This document shows positions 37,901-43,098 of a DNA stretch of 43,098 nt, piece by piece. Position numbers and translations under genes: made by a program. Source of the stretch: Welwitschia mirabilis (taxonomy: Eukaryota); the NCBI GenBank assembly GCA_051453625.1, contig JBOZIK010000001.1, forward strand, positions 16,033,935-16,077,032, given 5' to 3'. The notes under the pieces were generated by a model that saw only the letters and a list, made by a program, of their open reading frames with translations, was not told the DNA's origin and did no database searches. Every line of letters begins with the position of its first letter. Within the stretch, counting starts at the first letter, position 1.

Positions 37901-39747
37901 AAGTAAATGTTATGTAGTAAGAAATTGTTTTAACCCTTCATCAATCTCCTTATACTAATTAAGTGTCTTGTCCTTCTTGATAATGTCAAACATAAGTAAA
38001 ATTCATAGCTAGAAGTCCTACTTAGATAAAGTAAGTATCTCAGTTTTTCATGAAGATTCACTAATATGATTATCAAACATTCTATAAACATTGTAAAATC
38101 TCCTTTTATTCAAAAATATATTTAAGATAATTGAAGAATCTCATACACATTATTCACATGGAATCAATTGGATGTTATGTAATCTAACTCTCACTACATT
38201 TTCACAAATCACAAGTGCATATTTTATTCTAAAAGTAGGGCAAAGCTTCATAGACATTAAAATAAAGCATGCTTCGTTCACTACTACTATTGTTTTCTTT
38301 AATTCTAATGTTCATGCCAGTAAGAAAAACAAATAAAATAAAAGGCAAGATGAACATTAGATACTAGAAATGTGAAGTGATAAGGGAAAAATCACTTGTA
38401 GTCAAAGATAATAGACACCAGCACATAGAGATCTTGCACAATGATCATATTAGAAAGAAGACTATGGTAATAGAAAAACGGACTAGTAGCAAAGGGTCAC
38501 ATCAAAGGAAGTGGAGGGGTATCTCAAATAGAAAGAACTTCAAGAAGAAGGCTAATTTAAACCAAAAATGAGTGGCAAATATCAAAGTATAAATAATGTA
38601 GTAGCATAAGATGATAAATAATTATGAAGCCAGTGTAATAAAAAAAATAGTAAGGCAATATGCAAAACAAGTAGTAGTAACGAATGTTAGGGTGATGGTA
38701 TACAAAAACAAAAACACTATTATAGAGTAGTCATTAATAATCTCTGTAGTAATAGACATTAAAGGAATAAGACAAACCATTGGAAGGTTATTGAGCTAGT
38801 AATAAGACTGACACTATTCAGTCACTAAGCAATTAGTAAGGCTAGGTTTGGGTAAGCAGTCCAGTGTATTTTGCAAGTTCTTCAGACTTGTTTTTCACAT
38901 TGTCCAAATAAAAAACATGATGTTCTTATTACCAAAAAGAAGCTCCATTATTCTCATTTATCTCATCTTTAGATTCCACTTGTCTACTAAGCAATGCATG
39001 TAAATATACATCTTTAAAGGCTTTAACATAAAAATCTCAATTGATACATTTTAATACACACATTTCATGAGCACACTAATTACTAAGATCATAACAATGA
39101 GTTGTTACCACTGTATGAAGTACAATAATACATAAGAGTCAATTTCCATGTTGGTTAACAAATATGAAAAATTCTCATCTCTGAGAGGTTAGTTGCAGAA
39201 ATCATTTCCATTTGTCCCCTCACTTCTGAAACCCAATTTTTAAGTCAAGTTGAAAACTACCCCATTCAAAGTCCATCACTGTAAGTAAGGCTCTCCCAAG
39301 AAGTAGGTTTTCACTGCATATATTTTTAAGACCTATGTCTGAAAGGGACTTTTTGCATGGTTATAGTAATAAGAAGAGTAGAAAAAATTAAGAAATAGGC
39401 ATAATAAACATATGTCACATGCAAATGGTGATTCATAAGGACAGTTTATGGGAAATGCTTTATTTAACATGTGTAGAGTAGGAGAAGGAGAAGTTAGTGA
39501 TGAAAAAATATTATAATTCTTAAATGAAGATATCAGAGGACCAATCAAAGATGTCATTTTCTATTTTTTTATAGAAAACATTATTTTATTACCTGTAAGT
39601 GGGACATAAAATTTTTTTATTAACTTGAATGAACATTATGTTTAATACATCTTCATCACAAAAATAAGTTTGATTTATCTATTTGAATATAAACAAACCT
39701 CAGCATCTGTAATACAAGAAAATAAGTTATTTCATCACAATCGATAA

Positions 39748-39855
39748 CTGATGTTGTAAGGGGATGGAGGGAAAACACAGTTGATGACATATGATATTAT
39801 AAGGAAATGGAGGGAAAATGGAATTAATGACATCTGATATTATAAAGAGACAAAG
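39748..39855. repeat. 43-bp tandem repeat, about 2.5 copies
   Basis: ctgatgttgtaaggggatggagggaaaacacagttgatgacat / atgatattataaggaaatggagggaaaatggaattaatgacat / ctgatattataaag. Confidence 0.8.
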
Positions 39856-40914
39856 AACAAATGCAATCAAATTTTTACTCATTTATTTACAATAGGATAA
39901 TTAATTATTCAAGAGAGATCTTAGCGTTGTTTTGTCTTTCCATATCTATGCAATAGTTGTTTAACCTTTCCATCTTTGCTCCACTTTTTTTCTCTTCATT
40001 TATCTTAGTTGTTTTGTTCTATTTCCATCTCAGCCATTTTAATGTTTTAAGAAAGAAACATTCACTTGAAATTCTAAACAACAAAAAATTTTACTAAGAA
40101 ACATCTAGCAGTAATTTTTAACTCTATCAAATACTCCATCATCTCATTAAATTTTAGTAATGCCTCTCCAAAGGATAACATAAAAATATTTCTTCTTTGT
40201 AGTGACTTTAGTTTATATTATTAACTTCAACATCTAGAAAGATATAATAGACTCTTTACACTAGTCCTACATCTACACTAGGTCCTCTATCTTTAATATT
40301 TAATCTTTACCTCACTCAACGAATTTCCATTTTAAATTCTAATTTCAATGGTTTAGCATATATTTAAAGATTAATAATACTAATGATGATTTCCATTTTT
40401 GCAAGAGACATTCCTTGGCTTCATCTCACAAGCACTGCACATAAATCATCTTCTTTCTCAATTAGGATGCATAACCTAACTAGATATTTTTGTGTTACAA
40501 GTTGGAATATGCAAGGATAGCCTCTAAAAAACTTGTCTTACATATCATCAAAGAGAAAATCAGACTTCCACATGAGTAAATTATGGATAAAAAAGCAATT
40601 CTTGATAGTATTTTGGCCTTTTCTTTTTTATTTTGTTGGGGAATTCTCTTTATGTTGTTTTAAGTTTCACCTTTTCTTATGCTTCCTATCCTTACTCTAC
40701 TACATGCTACCTTGAGAAAGAAGGATGGAAATCGCCTTATCAAAAAGAATAATTTAATTTACTTTATTATTTTTATTTTTATTTATTTATTATTTATTTC
40801 ATCATTATTCCAAAAATCTTAGTCACTTTATTCAACTAACATCATAACCCATGCTCTAACATTGAAATTTATGATGGCTTCTCAACAATCATACCTAGTG
40901 AAATCGAAATCTAG

Positions 40915-40926
40915 GCTCTGATACCA
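40915..40926 (-). promoter_or_regulatory. Primer-binding site complementary to tRNA-iMet
   Basis: gctctgatacca is the exact reverse complement of TGGTATCAGAGC, 3 bp from the LTR end. Confidence 0.92.
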
Positions 40927-40929
40927 AAA

Positions 40930-43098
40930 TGTAAGACCCCAAATTTCTATAGTTGAAAGTATTCAAGATTGATGCTCTAATACTAAATGTAAAATCTAGA
41001 TCTATAGTTGAAAAATTCAAACTCGCTCCAATACCAAAATGTAATGCCTATATTTATAACTTTAAATTTATGAATGTTACTTATTTACCAAAGAATTAAG
41101 TCCTCATCCTTCCCCTCTATCATATGCATTAATTACAAAATAACTCATAATTTAATAAAAATTTGGCATGTGAGGACTCCTAATTTTAATTAGTCTTCAA
41201 TAAATTTATTTATCATAGCATAAAAATAATAATAAGAGGAGGAGAAAAACAAATACTCTTTTCTTGAAAGCTTATTATTAATAAATGAACATAGATTTAT
41301 ATTCAAGACATATCATTCTATATACACATATAAACTAAAAACGTTCAAGAAAACTTTGTAACAAAAGCTTAGAATTGAAATGTCAAATCATACTTATCTA
41401 TAATAATGATTTTAGGAATTTTTATCATAAATTTCCATTCAATGCCCTTTGAGATAATATACATAGCTAAAGACTCAATATACACATTATCATCCTTTAA
41501 GTAAAGTATAAAGAATATGTACTAAAATCATCACATTTAATTGTAAGAAATTTCAAGAAAAATATCCATTATTTAAAACATAATGTATCATCTTAGAAAA
41601 ACTTCATAAACCATAAATTACCCATATGATAAATTAGAGTTTTAACTCTAAACACATCCAAGGAAACATTATTCTCAAAAATTATATCATGTTCTCAAGA
41701 TCTCAATCATATAACATTCAGTATTTAAGATTAATGAACGAATACAAGATTATTCATTAAAATTTTCAATAACACTAGAATAATAAGCCTTCACATCCTT
41801 ATGTCCACTTCAACATTCATACTCTAGATTTTTAACCTGTTACACAAAAGTATGGGATATGAACTATGAAAATATCATAGCTTTTAATATGATCTAAGTA
41901 AGATGAGATAAGATAAGAAAGGAAATTTTAAATGTTAAGATAAAAAGGACAAGTAAGGACTTCAAGAAGAAGTTATATTATAAAACATCGACCTTATGGT
42001 TATGAATTAAGAATAGTTAATATATGTTTTTTATATATTTCAATAACTTCACTACCTCATTCAGTGATCTATGAAGTCCACTACCTCATTCAGTGATTTG
42101 TAGTTCTTATTTAATATTTCATATTTTACTTCACTACCTAATCTGATGATCTATGATGCTCACTGCCTCATTTGGAGATTTTTGGTTCTCATGTTTATAT
42201 ATATATCACATATCATTAACTTTACTATCTTATTTGGTGATTTGTGAATCCCAGCCTTAATCAGTAGTTTTTGGTTAATATATTATCCTCGCTACCTTAT
42301 TTGATGATCTATGTCACTACAATACCTCATTTAGTGATTTGTAAAGCCCACTACCTCATTTGGCAATCTATGAAATTACATAATCATAAGTTCAAGAAAT
42401 CATGATAATAAGAAAAGTATGATAGGGTATAACCATGAAGTATATATTCTTGACAAGTATAAATTGAGTTTAAATAACAAGACATTGGGTATAGAAGATA
42501 GTAGAAGATGATAATTAAGACAAGAGTAATTCTATTTTAATCAAGCATCACACATTTCTATATTTATTTCACAAGAATATAAACACATCAAACATAATAT
42601 GCATTACATAGAAAGGAATGGACTAATAAGAGATCAAGAAATAATAGAACTATACCCATATTAGATCATGATATTTAAGAACTTCAAAGATCTTCTACAT
42701 TTCCAACTCTCCTAGATCTCCTAATCTTTAAGGTTCAAAGGCAATGTCTTTTTCATAAATTAAGATAAACTTGAGGAAGGTAGGGTTATATTTATGATGA
42801 GAGAACATGGATAAAGTGATTAGACTCAAGAATACAAAAGGATATATCATAAGCTAATGGTAAAGGTGAGGGTTTTATAATGTATCATAAAGGCTTGTCT
42901 AACCATTGGATGCTTTAATAATATATAAAGAATGCTTTCTATTGTATCACATTTAATCATAATAATGAAGAAAATAATAAGCCTCCATAATTAACATTTA
43001 ATCATGCATAAATTCTAGGAAGGTATAACAAAAATAATAAGTAAATGATATCATCAACACTACAAGAACATTCTTGAAGATTATAAAGTAATATTTTA
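40930..43098 (-). repeat. 5' LTR of element E (continues past window end)
   Basis: Colinear with 33876-35999; terminus tgtaagacccc adjacent to the PBS. Confidence 0.9.
42050..42380. repeat. Degenerate ~29-bp subrepeats in 5' LTR of element E
   Basis: cactacctcattcagtgatctatgaagtc-like units repeated. Confidence 0.8.

Larger units (their letters stand above)
33876..43098 (-). mobile_element. Tekay/Del-like Ty3/gypsy element lacking RT/RH/INT (element E), running off the window
   Basis: Two long homologous LTRs with subrepeats, tRNA-iMet PBS TGGTATCAGAGC, PPT, and weak gag and protease relics. Lineage inferred from the termini and PPT context. Confidence 0.8.

Noticed and set aside
40915..40926. 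tRNA gene or caulimovirus origin suggested by TGGTATCAGAGC
   Set aside because: Only the 12-nt tRNA 3' complement is present, next to an LTR terminus, with no cloverleaf or viral genes.
1..43098. Assigning a host species or insertion ages
   Set aside because: Needs database searches and computed LTR divergence, and deamination would inflate ages.

Overview
Very AT-rich, CpG-poor, gapped eukaryotic (almost certainly land-plant) DNA made of decayed, nested retrotransposons. I see no intact protein-coding gene, RNA gene or CRISPR array, and the supplied ORFs are gap read-throughs, transposon fragments or noise. From left to right: (A) the 3' part of an Athila-type Ty3/gypsy element (1 to ~2990); (B) a near full-length Athila-type element (5' LTR start hidden in a gap; visible 3978-13685) with a decayed tRNA-Asp PBS, gag-PR-RT-RH-INT pseudogene and PPT; an older LTR-like fragment (13686 to ~14830); a possible very decayed LINE (~15300-19083); (C) a pol-less Athila-derived unit with three LTRs (19209-29596), whose reconstructed empty site is a 26-bp near-perfect palindrome; a minus-strand Ty1/copia RT relic (~30480-31120); a gag relic (D, ~33370-33830); and (E) a minus-strand Tekay/Del-like element without RT/INT (33876 to beyond the window end). 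The best leads are a GC-richer, potentially structured ~170-nt motif kept in the 3' non-coding region of all three Athila-type elements, tandem PBS+terminus units inside both LTRs of element E, and an acidic/Asn-rich coding relic replacing pol in element C. All alignments and translations were done by eye, and none of these leads is shown to be novel.
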